64,000 nucleotides of DNA from Somniosus microcephalus (taxonomy: Eukaryota), in NCBI GenBank assembly GCA_052327205.1, contig CM126209.1, forward strand, positions 270,134,001-270,198,000. The letters are read 5' to 3'. Of this stretch, positions 1 through 10,804 are shown in pieces (positions within the stretch are counted from its first letter, which is position 1; every line of letters begins with the position of its first letter). Under the pieces are notes generated by a model. The model saw only the letters and a program-made list of their open reading frames with translations. It ran no database searches and was not told the DNA's origin. The position numbers and the translations under genes were made by a program.

Positions 1-6
1 CTCAGC

Positions 7-3000
7 ATGGAAAAAGCTGAAGCCCTCGCTATCTCCCTGGAAGTGGCCCACCAAGATCAGGAAGCATTCACCAGGTACTGCTCGCGACCCTGGGACTCGG
101 GCCCGACCCCTACCACAGCACCCTTCCCAGCGCCGCCCCCGGGACCTACCTCTGCGTCGGCGTCCCGGACCCGACCGGCCCCGCCACCCCCGGCACCGGC
201 CCCGACATCGGGCATCCGCGATCGGGCCGCCGGCTGTTTTTTTTGTGGCCAGGAGAAGCACCCGAGGGCGCGCTGCCCAGCCAAGAACTCCACATGCAGA
301 ACCTGCCTGAAGAAAGGCCACTTCTCCAAGGCCTGCAGGAGCGGATCCTCAGAGGCCAGCAGTGCCGCATGCGAACTATGGGGGCGGCCATCTTCGTTTA
401 GGGCAACTGAGGCCAGCATCCCCACACATGAGTCATGGGGGTGGCCATCTTTGTTTAGGGCAACTGAGGCCAGCATCCCCACACATGAGTCATGGGGGCG
501 GCCATCTTTGATTAAGGCAACCGACCCCAATAGTGCCTCATGTGAGCTACGGGGGCAGCCATCTTCTCCGTCATTTTGCCCTACCTCGTGGGAGACGCCA
601 TTTTACTCACCACGCCCGACCGCCTCGCCCGCAGATGACAACGACTCGCTCAGCTACACACTAGCTTCCGTCACCCTGGACCAAGCCCGCCCGCACCATC
701 TGTCCAAGTCAATGATGGACATCAAAGTGAACGGCCACGCCACGACCTGCCTGTTCGACAGCGGAAGCACGGAGAGCTTCATCCACCCAGACACGGTGAG
801 CCACTACTCCCTCTCTGTCCTACCAACGCGCAGCCGAATCTCGATGGCATCGAGGTCCCACGCCACGGACATCAGCGGCTACTGTGTCGTGACCCTGTCG
901 GTTAAGGGCACGGAGTATAAAAACTTTAAACTCCTCGTCCTCCCCCATCTCTGCGCTGCCGTCCTACTAGGGCTGGACTTCCAATCCCACCTCCAAAGCG
1001 TAACCCTAGCATACGGTGGACCCCTCCCCCCACTCACAGTCAACAACCAGCAAACGTTAAACCGCCCACCGCGTAACACCTGCAGCCTCTCCACCCTCAA
1101 GGTCCCGCCACCCTCTCTGTTTGCTAACCTTACCCCTGACTGCAAACCCGTCGCTACCAAGAGCAGGCGGTATAGCGCCGGGGACAGAGCCTTCATTAGC
1201 TCTGAGGTGCGGCGCCTCCTGAAAGAGGGCATTATCGAGGGGAGCAGCAGCCCCTGGCGTGCCCAGGTCGTAGTCGTAAAGACCGGCGATAAAAACCGCC
1301 TGGTCATCGACTACAGCCAGACCATAAACAGATATACCCAGCTGGACGCATACCCCCTCCCCCGCATATCTGACATGGTCAATCAGATTGCACAGTATAA
1401 AGTATTCTCGACCATCGACCTGAAGTCGGCCTACCACCAACTCCCTATCCACCCTGAGGACCGCCAGTATACCGCCTTCGAGGCGAATGGGCGCCTATAC
1501 CACTTCCTTAGGGTCCCCTTCGGTGTCACTAATGGGGTCTCGGTCTTCCAAAGGGAGATGGACCAGATGGTTGACCAGAACGAACTGCAGGCTACATTCC
1601 CCTACCTAGATAACGTCACTATCTGCGGCCGCGACCGGCAGGAACATGACGCGAATCTGGAGAAATTCCTCCGTACGGCCCAACGGCTGAACCTCACCTA
1701 CAATAAGGAGAAATGCGTGTTTAACACCACGCGCCTTGCCATCCTCGGCTGCGTAGTGGAGAACGGAATCATCGGCCCCGACCCAGAAAGAATGCGCCCC
1801 CTCATGGAGCTACCCCTCCCCCACTGCCCTAAAGCACTTAGGAGAACCCTGGGGCTTTTCGCCTACTATGCCCAATGGGTACCCAATTACGCGGACAAAG
1901 CCAGACCCCTCCTGAAAGCCACTTCCTTCCCCCTCACGGAGGAGGCGTGCGCGGCCTTCTCCCTCATTAAGGGAGACATAGCCAAGGCCACGATGCACGC
2001 AGTGGACGAGTCCATCCCCTTCCAGGTGGAGAGCGACGCATCCGACTTCGCCTTAGCCGCCACCCTAAACCAGGAGGGGAGGCCAGTGGCCTTCTTCTCA
2101 AGGACCCTACAGGGCCCCGAGATCCGACATTCGTCGGTCGAGAAAGAGGCCCAGGCGATCGTGGAGGCAGTACGGCGCTGGAGGCACTACCTGGCAGGCA
2201 AACGATTTACCCTCCTCACCGACCAGCGTTCGGTGGCTTTCATGTTTAATAACAAGCTGAAGGGCAAAATCAAGAATGACAAGATTTTGAGATGGAGAAT
2301 CGAGCTCTCCACCTACGATTATGAGATCTTGTACCGGCCAGGCAAGCTGAACGAATCCCCTGATGCCCTTTCACGAATGACATGCGCCAGCGCGCATATC
2401 GATAGGCTTCAGACCCTCCACGACCAGCTCTGCCACCCCGGAGTCACCAGACTCTACCATTTCATTAAGGCCCGCAACCTGACCTACTCCATCGAGGAGG
2501 TCAGGACCATGACCAGGAACTGCCAGACCTGTGCGGAGTGCAAACCGCACTTCTATAGGCCGGACCGAGCAAGCCTGATCAAGGCCACCCGCCCCTTCGA
2601 GCGCCTGAGCATCGACTTTAAGGGGCCCCTCCCGTCCTCTGACCGTAATGTGTACTTCCTCAACATCGTTGATGAGTACTCCCGTTTCCCCTTTGCCTTC
2701 CCCTGCCCCGACATGACCAGTAGCACGGTCATTAAGTGCCTGAATGCCCTCTTCGCCTTGTTCGGGTTCCCGAACTATATACACAGCGACCGGGGCTCCT
2801 CCTTCATGAGCGAGGAACTCCGGCAATTCCTCCTAGAGAGAGGTATTGCAGCAAGCAGGACCACCAGCTACAACCCCAGAGGTAACGGTCAGGTGGAAAG
2901 AGAGAACGCGACGGTATGGAAGGCCGTCCTCTTAGCCTTAAAGTCTAAGGGCCTCCCAACCTCCCGCTGGCAAGAAGTCCTCCCGACAGCGCTGCACTCC

Positions 3001-3468
3001 ACCCGGTCATTACTTTGCACGGCCACTAACACCACCCCCCATGAACGAATGTTCGTTTTCCCCAGGAAGTCGACTACGGGAACCACTCTACCAACCTGGC
3101 TGACCGCCCCGGGGCCGGTCTGGCTGCGGAAACACGTGAGGGCCCATAAAACGGACCCCCTGGTCGAGAGGGTGAACCTCCTGCACGCCAACCCCCAGTA
3201 CGCCTACGTGGCGTACCCAGACGGGCGGGAGGACACTGTCTCCCTACGAGACCTCGCACCCTCAGCCGATCCGGAAACACCGCCACCACCCCCCCCAACC
3301 CCAGCCCAGGTAGACGGCATGCCGGAACCCCACGAGCCCTCGCCGACCACGCAAACACCAGCATCAACACCGGATAAGGCACCAGCACCGGATAAGGCAA
3401 CACCACCGCTGCGGCGATCGGAGAGGCTTACGAAGCCTCCGGACAGACTGACCTACCAGAATTGGTAG
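7..3468 (+). CDS. Ty3/Gypsy LTR retrotransposon gag-pol polyprotein; the frame is open to the window edge, so it probably starts upstream
   Basis: Uninterrupted 1153-aa ORF with domains in Gypsy order: zinc knuckles CFFCGQEKHPRARC and CRTCLKKGHFSKAC, protease LFDSGS, RT (IDLKSAYHQ, VPFGVTNG, YLDN), RNase H (ESDAS, EKEAQA, TDQ, DALSR), integrase (HHCC, DFKG, HSDRG, ERENA). Confidence 0.95.
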   Translation: MEKAEALAISLEVAHQDQEAFTRYCSRPWDSGPTPTTAPFPAPPPGPTSASASRTRPAPPPPAPAPTSGIRDRAAGCFFCGQEKHPRARCPAKNSTCRTCLKKGHFSKACRSGSSEASSAACELWGRPSSFRATEASIPTHESWGWPSLFRATEASIPTHESWGRPSLIKATDPNSASCELRGQPSSPSFCPTSWETPFYSPRPTASPADDNDSLSYTLASVTLDQARPHHLSKSMMDIKVNGHATTCLFDSGSTESFIHPDTVSHYSLSVLPTRSRISMASRSHATDISGYCVVTLSVKGTEYKNFKLLVLPHLCAAVLLGLDFQSHLQSVTLAYGGPLPPLTVNNQQTLNRPPRNTCSLSTLKVPPPSLFANLTPDCKPVATKSRRYSAGDRAFISSEVRRLLKEGIIEGSSSPWRAQVVVVKTGDKNRLVIDYSQTINRYTQLDAYPLPRISDMVNQIAQYKVFSTIDLKSAYHQLPIHPEDRQYTAFEANGRLYHFLRVPFGVTNGVSVFQREMDQMVDQNELQATFPYLDNVTICGRDRQEHDANLEKFLRTAQRLNLTYNKEKCVFNTTRLAILGCVVENGIIGPDPERMRPLMELPLPHCPKALRRTLGLFAYYAQWVPNYADKARPLLKATSFPLTEEACAAFSLIKGDIAKATMHAVDESIPFQVESDASDFALAATLNQEGRPVAFFSRTLQGPEIRHSSVEKEAQAIVEAVRRWRHYLAGKRFTLLTDQRSVAFMFNNKLKGKIKNDKILRWRIELSTYDYEILYRPGKLNESPDALSRMTCASAHIDRLQTLHDQLCHPGVTRLYHFIKARNLTYSIEEVRTMTRNCQTCAECKPHFYRPDRASLIKATRPFERLSIDFKGPLPSSDRNVYFLNIVDEYSRFPFAFPCPDMTSSTVIKCLNALFALFGFPNYIHSDRGSSFMSEELRQFLLERGIAASRTTSYNPRGNGQVERENATVWKAVLLALKSKGLPTSRWQEVLPTALHSTRSLLCTATNTTPHERMFVFPRKSTTGTTLPTWLTAPGPVWLRKHVRAHKTDPLVERVNLLHANPQYAYVAYPDGREDTVSLRDLAPSADPETPPPPPPTPAQVDGMPEPHEPSPTTQTPASTPDKAPAPDKATPPLRRSERLTKPPDRLTYQNW

Positions 3469-3500
3469 TACACTTCACCCCGCCGGACTTAATTCTAAAC

Positions 3501-3829
3501 AAGGGGTGAATGTGGTAAACCACGTTCACTATCGTATCACTGTTAGTAGTTAGCACTGTTCACCACTGTTCGTTATAACTGTATCACTGACCACTATTGT
3601 ATCACGGTACGAGGTCGCCTCTTGCCACACTGCTATACCTGGGATGACCACCGCCGACTCCGCCTTGGCTCCACCCACCAGGCCAGGTATAAAGGTGAGC
3701 GACTGACTGGTATTCCTCCTGCTTGGATCGGATCACCCACGAGAGTGGGCTCTGTTATTTAGTCAATAAAAACCTTTAGTCACCTTCGTAACTCTTCGCC
3801 TTTTATTGGAGGAATTGATAGGTATATCA
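3501..3829 (+). mobile_element. Polypurine tract and 3' LTR of the Gypsy element
   Basis: AAGGGGTGAA (3501-3510) is followed by TG at 3511. TATAAA at 3688, AATAAA at 3765. Ends ...TATATCA at 3829, where CR1 sequence begins abruptly. Confidence 0.85.
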
Positions 3830-4281
3830 CTGTTTTTGCCACCAAAGTGGATAACCTCGCATTTATCCACATTATAATGCATCTGCCCAATCACCCAACC
3901 TGTCCAAATCATACTGGAGTTTCTCGGCATCCTCCTCACGGCACACACGTCCACCCAGCTTTGTGTCGTCTGCAAACTTGAAAATATTACATCTAGTTCC
4001 CTTGTCTAGATCATTAATATATATTGTGAATAGCTGGGGTCCTAGCACCGATCCCTGCGTTACCCCACTAGTCACTGCCTGCCACTCGGAAAAGGACCCG
4101 TTTATTCCAACTCTTTGCTTTCTGTCTGCCAACCAGTTCTCTATCCAAGTCAGTACCTTACCCCCAATCCCATGTGCCTTAACTTTGCACGCTAATCTCT
4201 TATGCGGGACCTTATTGAAAGCCTTCTGAAAGTCCAAATACACCACATCCACTGGTTCTCCCTTATCTATTCTACCAGTTA

Positions 4282-6853
4282 CAGGAAACTCTTGTTTAAA
4301 CGGCACCTAATTATCCGGAATTCTCTAATAACCGGCAAAATTCTGGAGTAGGTTTTGAGGTTTCCGTATACTGTATATTTGTGGCTGTGTAACCGGGGTT
4401 CTCGTACCTTTTGCCATGTAATCATGGCTCCTGCACCTCTGGTTGTGTAACCTGGTCCCCTGCACCTGTGCCTGTGGAGCCTGGTCCCCTGTACCTGTGG
4501 AGCCTGGTCCCCTGTACCTGTGGAGCCTGGTCCCCTGTACCTGTGGAGCCTGGTCCCCTGTACCTGTGGAGCCTGGTCCCCTGTACCTGTGGAGCCTGGT
4601 CCCCTGTACCTGTGGAGCCTGGTCCCCTGTACCTGTGGAGCCTGGTCCCCTGTACCTGTGGAGCCTGGTCCCCTGTACCTGTGGAACCTGGTCCCCTGTA
4701 CCTGTGGAGCCTGGTCCCCTGTACCTGTGCCTGTGGAACCTGGTCCCCTGTACCTGTGGAACCTGGTCCCCTGTGCCTGTGGAACCTGGTCCCCTGTGCC
4801 TGTGGAACCTGGTCCCCTGTGCCTGTGGAACCTGGTCCCCTGTGCCTGTGGAACCTGGTCCCCTGTGCCTGTGGAACCTGGTCCCCTGTGCCTGTGGAAC
4901 CCGGTCCCCTGTACCTGTGGAACCTGGTCCCCTGTACCTGTGGAACCTGGTCCCCTGTACCTGTGGAACCCGGTCCCCTGTACCTGTGGAACCCGGTCCC
5001 CTGTGCCTGTGGAACCCGGTCCCCTGTGCCTGTGGAACCCGGTCCCCTGTGCCTGTGGAACCCGGTCCCCTGTGCCTGTGGAACCCGGTCCCCTGTACCT
5101 GTGGAACCTGGTCCCCTGTACCTGTGGAACCCGGTCCCCTGTGCCTGTGGAACCTGGTCCCCTGTGCCTGTGGAACCCGGTCCCCTGTGCCTGTGGAACC
5201 CGGTCCCCTGTGCCTGTGGAACCCGGTCCCCTGTGCCTGTGGAACCTGGTCCCCTGTGCCTGTGGAACCCGGTCCCCTGTGCCTGTGGAACCCGGTCCCC
5301 TGTGCCTGTGGAACCCGGTCCCCTGTGCCTGTGGAACCCGGTCCCCTGTGCCTGTGGAACCCGGTCCCCTGTGCCTGTGGAACCCGGTCCCCTGTGCCTG
5401 TGGAACCCGGTCCCCTGTGCCTGTGGAACCCGGTCCCCTGTGCCTGTGGAACCCGGTCCCCTGTGCCTGTGGAACCCGGTCCCCTGTGCCTGTGGAACCC
5501 GGTCCCCTGTGCCTGTGGAACCCGGTCCCCTGTGCCTGTGGAACCCGGTCCCCTGTGCCTGTGGAGCCTGGTCCCCTGTGCCTGTGGAACCTGGTCCCCT
5601 GTACCTGTGGAACCTGGTCCCCTGTGCCTGTGGAACCTGGTCCCCTGTACCTGTGGAACCTGGTCCCCTGTGCCTGTGGAACCTGGTCCCCTGTGCCTGT
5701 GGAACCTGGTCCCCTGTGCCTGTGGAACCTGGTCCCCTGTGCCTGTGGAACCTGGTCCCCTGTACCTGTGCCTGTGGAACCTGGTCCCCTGTGCCTGTGG
5801 AACCTGGTCCCCTGTGCCTGTGGAACCTGGTCCCCTGTACCTGTGGAACCCGGTCCCCTGTGCCTGTGGAACCTGGTCCCCTGTGCCTGTGGAACCCGGT
5901 CCCCTGTGCCTGTGGAACCTGGTCCCCTGTGCCTGTGGAACCTGGTCCCCTGTGCCTGTGGAGCCTGGTCCCCTGTACCTGTGGAACCTGGTCCCCTGTG
6001 CCTGTGGAACCTGGTCCCCTGTGCCTGTGGAACCTGGTCCCCTGTGCCTGTGGAACCCGGTCCCCTGTGCCTGTGGAACCCGGTCCCCTGTACCTGTGGA
6101 ACCCGGTCCCCTGTGCCTGTGGAACCTGGTCCCCTGTGCCTGTGGAACCTGGTCCCCTGTGCCTGTGGAACCCGGTCCCCTGTGCCTGTGGAACCCGGTC
6201 CCCTGTGCCTGTGGAACCCGGTCCCCTGTGCCTGTGGAACCCGGTCCCCTGTGCCTGTGGAACCCGGTCCCCTGTGCCTGTGGAACCCGGTCCCCTGTGC
6301 CTGTGGAACCCGGTCCCCTGTGCCTGTGGAACCCGGTCCCCTGTGCCTGTGGAACCCGGTCCCCTGTGCCTGTGGAACCCGGTCCCCTGTGCCTGTGGAA
6401 CCCGGTCCCCTGTGCCTGTGGAACCCGGTCCCCTGTGCCTGTGGAACCCGGTCCCCTGTGCCTGTGGAACCCGGTCCCCTGTGCCTGTGGAACCCGGTCC
6501 CCTGTGCCTGTGGAACCCGGTCCCCTGTGCCTGTGGAACCCGGTCCCCTGTGCCTGTGGAACCCGGTCCCCTGTGCCTGTGGAACCCGGTCCCCTGTGCC
6601 TGTGGAACCCGGTCCCCTGTGCCTGTGGAACCCGGTCCCCTGTGCCTGTGGAACCCGGTCCCCTGTGCCTGTGGAACCCGGTCCCCTGTGCCTGTGGAAC
6701 CCGGTCCCCTGTGCCTGTGGAACCCGGTCCCCTGTGCCTGTGGAACCTGGTCCCCTGTACCTTGGGCTATTGTCACTCCATGTCCCTTCTTTGTTTTCCA
6801 GAATTTTTAATCAACCGGCACCATCCCAGTGCCGGATACAGAAGAGTTTCCTG
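4282..6853. mobile_element. Non-autonomous Tc1/mariner (pogo/Tigger-like) MITE carrying a minisatellite
   Basis: Terminal inverted repeats CAGGAAACTCTT ... AAGAGTTTCCTG, flanked by TA on both sides (4280-81, 6854-55). Subterminal TATCCGG/AACCGG motifs. Confidence 0.85.
4450..6762. repeat. 23-bp minisatellite (CCTGTGGAACCCGGTCCCCTGTG), about 100 copies
   Basis: Directly visible tandem array with a few variant positions. Confidence 0.98.
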
Positions 6854-8118
6854 TACATCCTCAAAAAATTCCAGTAGATTAGTCAAGCACGATTTACCTT
6901 TTGTAAATCCATGTTGACTTTGTCCGATCCCGTCACTGTTTTCCAAGTGCTCTGCTATTACATCTTTTATAATGGACTCTAGCATTTTCCCCACTACCGA
7001 TGTCAGGCTTACTGGTCTATAATTCCCCGTTTTCCCTCTACCACCTTTTTTAAATAGTGGGGTTACATTAGCTACCCTCCAATCCATGGGAACTGTTCCA
7101 GAGTCTATAGAATTTTGGAAGATGACCAGCAATGCATCTACTATTTCTAGGGCCACTTCCTTAAGTACCCTAGGATGTAGATTATCAGGCCCTGGGGATT
7201 TATCGGCCTTCAATCTCATCAATTTCCCCAACACCGTTTCCCTACAAATATAGATTTCATTCAGTTCCTCCCTCTCATTAGACCCTCTGTTCCCCGACAT
7301 CTCTGGGAGGTTATTTGTGTCCTCCTTTGTGAAGACAGAACCAAAGTATGTATTTAGTCGGTCTGCCATTTCTTTGTTCCCCAATATAAATTCCCCTGAT
7401 TCTGACTGCAAGGGACCTACGCTTGACTTCACCAATCTTTTTCTCTTCGCATATCTATAGAAGCTTTTACAGTCAGTTTTTATGTTCCCTGCAAGCTTAC
7501 TCTCGTACTCTATTTTCCCCCTCTTAATTAATCCCTTTGTCCTCCTTTGCTGAATCCTAAACTGCTCCCAATCCTCAGGTTTGCTGCTTTTTCTGGCCAA
7601 TTTATATGTCCTCTCCTTTGGATCTTATGCTATCCCTAATTTCCCTTGTTAGCCACGGTTGAGTCACCTTTTTTGTTTTATTGTTATGCCAGACAGGGAT
7701 GAACAAATTCTGTAGTTCATCCATGTGATCTTTAAATGTTTGCTATTGCCTATCCACCGTCAATCCTTTAAGTAACGTTCCCCAATCCATCTTAGCCAAC
7801 TCGCGCCTCATACCATCGTAGTTTCCTTTATTTAAATTCAGGACCCTAGTCTGAGTCAAATACTTCACTCTCCATCTTAATGAAGAATTCTGTCATATTA
7901 TGATCGTTCCTCCCCAAGGGGCCTCGCACAACAAGATTGCTAATTAATCCTTTCTCATTACTAATTACTCAGTCGATCCCTTGCTCCCTTTTTAAACAAC
8001 GGTGCAATGTTACCAGTCCTCCGGCATCACACCTGTAGACAGTGGATTGGAAAATGGTCAGCGCCTGCGCTATTTCCTCCCTTGCTTCTCTTAACAGCCT
8101 TGGATACACGTGGGTGAT

Positions 8119-10580
8119 GTAAGATTTGGATTACAGGTCGCACACAGATTACCCAAAGGGTCTTAGGAATTGTATGGCATTTTATTAAGGAACGGCAGTT
8201 TAAGTTAAGTACAGCACACAATCACGATAGACATAGTAGACACACGACCGTGACAAGCGGCTGGTATTGGTCCCGATCGGGCAGACGGCTGGCGTGCGCG
8301 AACAGCTCTTCCCTTCCCTTCGCCGTCTGTGCTGAAAGCTCTTTAGATATCTCTTTTACTCTTTTTTTTAGGGGTGGGCCCAGGGTAGATTATCAAAGCT
8401 ATAGTCAACAACCTTTCTAGCAGACAGCTAGTCTGGAAACAAGGTCACCGCCACAGTGCAGAATGTTACAACATCCGCAGGGAACCAAGAACATCAGCAA
8501 ATTCTAAGCGTCTCTCCAGTTATTCTAACACCAGTCTGAAGAGACTGTTTTGTCTCGTTATTTCTTCCAATTTATGATTTCTTCCAGTGAGGATTAGGGC
8601 GCTGAGTCTCCCTTTCCTCAGCTGAGACCAGGCTCAGCTTCTCACTAGCTTGACCATCTGAGCAGCAATAAAGAGTGACTGTTAAAGATAAAGTAACTAT
8701 TGTGCTGTTTGTGTGTGCAACTTTAAAGCTCACTCATTCCACGGTGTGGGAACCCTTGGGCCGGAAGCACCAACGACCCTGTTGTAAGTAGTCAGTGTCA
8801 CTTCGGAACTTGTGTTGAGTGTCTGAATGACCAATAAGTTCTCCCCTGCCAGAGATATTCCAGAGATTCCGCTCTAGTAGCTTATCTCTAGTCTTTCAAA
8901 TAATCAGGATCGAGTGCAAACCAATATGGTGGGTATATTGGCCTAGATATTCCGTGGCTGCGCCACCCGTTAGTTCCCTAAGAGGGCACTTAGTGGGTTG
9001 TACGCCACTGGCCACGCCTCCCGCTAAATTTAGCGGGACGCTAATGGCGGCGCTAGCCGTTAGCGCTGCGCCGCTACCGATGACTTCATCGGTGTGCGCA
9101 ACGCCCCGCTAGCGAAATTTAGTCGCGCCCCCTGCTTTAACGCCGGTCGCAATTTGTGACCGGTTCAGGGGGGGCCTACCTGCAGCGGTTGAGGTGCGGG
9201 GCGGCCATTTTTTTGCTGGCCACCTGCCAGCACCTCGGTGCCGCCGTCCCCGGCCTCCTGCGGGCGCCCCCCCCCCCCCCTCGCGCGGAGTGCCGGCTGT
9301 GTCCCAAGAGCCCGGCACTTCTCAGTGCCGGGCTCTTTTGCTGGCACTCGCACTCTTCGAGCGCGCTGCAGCAGGCCCCTCCCCTTTAAGAAGGGGAGGA
9401 AGGCCTGCAGTACCGCAGCGCGGTGTGGCGCTGCGGCACGTTGCGCTGTGATCTTCAGTTGCAGCGCCCCAAGAAGGATGCGGGGCGCCTCGAGTAGCGC
9501 CGCGCTTCCCTCTGGGGCGCTGAAAGTGAATTTGCGGCGGGCGGCCGCGACTCCTTCCGGGGCGGTACTTCCGGCGCCCTGGCGAGGTGGGTGCCCCAAA
9601 CGGGGCACCAGTGAATTTCTAGGCCATTGTGTTTAATCAGAGTTTAAGATGGAATACAACATGCTAGTTATACGGCAAAAACATACGACCGTGACAAGCA
9701 GCTGGTTCCGGTCCCAGTCAGACAATGGCTGGCATGCGTGAACGGTTCTCTGGCTTGCGGTCTCTCTTTCTCTCATCTAGAACCTTTGAATTGGTGAGCA
9801 TGGGATCACTCAAAAGAGCGTTCGACCAGCCCAACTTCAGCTTGGCTCCTCCCTCCACCATCTGCGTGGGCAAGCACTCGGTGTTACTTTTATTCTCTTT
9901 TTTAGGGGTGGGCCTGAGGCCAGATTGTTGACCAGACCATTTAACCTATAGCGGTTCCCCTAAAACCTCATTACCCAATGGGTCATCAAGTTCTTTGTCT
10001 CAATTCTTGGATGAAAGCCCTCAAGAGGTCTGATGATCACATCCAATTTGTCTTATTGTTTAATCTTTCTGAAGGTTCTTCCTTTGAAATTCATGTCTTA
10101 TCTCTTTGTCTCTATCCTCCCTGGCACAGCAAGTACAAGGCCTGACCTCGTCCCCTTTTAATCAGGAGGCCCAAGCCAGAGCTGTCCCACTTCAGCCAGT
10201 CGTTATCTCACTTTCATCTAGCAAACGGCCCCATCCTAAGATGGTTACCTTAACCTCCTCAAATTCCTTTTAGTCTGTCTTTTATCCTAATTAACTTTTA
10301 ATTATCCTTACAAGCAGTTTTCTTAAGCTAACTCCACTTCCTACCTTAGCATTACATCATGGTTATTAGTAATAGAAGAAATGTAGACATTGAGCCTTAG
10401 TTAGTCCAATTAGAGAAACATATAAACAAGGTTGAAATCCTAACTTGGAAACAAGATTATTTCTGACTGTCACACTGCAGAATGCTATAACACCCACAGG
10501 GAACCAAACCACAAGCAGATTCTAAGCGTCTATCTAATTATTTTAAGACTAGTCTGAAGAGACTTTTTGTCTAGTTCTAA
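8119..10580. repeat. Two diverged, colinear copies of an unclassified LTR-like repeat
   Basis: Shared blocks in the same order: ACGACCGTGACAAGC (about 8245/9685), TTTTTTAGGGGTGGGCC (about 8365/9900), CAGAATG..CAGGGAACCAA..TTCTAAGCGTCT..AGTCTGAAGAGACT (about 8460-8550/10478-10570). Confidence 0.55.
8940..9625. mobile_element. GC-rich non-autonomous PIF/Harbinger-like MITE
   Basis: TIRs GGCCTAGATATTC ... GAATTTCTAGGCC (1 mismatch). 3-bp duplication ATT at 8937-39 and 9626-28. Confidence 0.8.
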
Positions 10581-10804
10581 TGCAAATAATGCTGTATTTA
10601 CATGATTGTATCTCAATTTTGTTCGCATAACCATATACATTTTGGACACCTGATTTCTAACGGTATGGCAGTAGCAAATCAAATGTCAATATCTGAGTCA
10701 GATATCCAGGCCAAAGCTTCCGGTGCAACAGCGTGGATATCTTGTCGGCTGCCTGTGAATTTCCTCGGAGGGCAGTGCTCAATGATGTGCTCCAGGGTCT
10801 GATA

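Larger units (their letters stand above)
3830..7970 (-). mobile_element. CR1 LINE ORF2 fragment, interrupted by a MITE and abutted by the Gypsy LTR
   Basis: Minus-strand ORFs 3872-4306 (VYLDFQKAF, QGSVLGP, KFADD) and 6773-7600 (KSPGPD, NYRPVSLTS). The two parts join as gtTAcatcc once 4282-6855 is removed. Confidence 0.92.

Noticed and set aside
4411-6917. Four overlapping ORFs of about 800 aa, rich in Cys/Pro/Gly
   Set aside because: Artefact of a stop-free 23-bp minisatellite that is open in several frames on both strands.
9109-9636. Cluster of GC-rich ORFs
   Set aside because: Stop-codon depletion inside the GC-rich MITE, with no transposase motifs.
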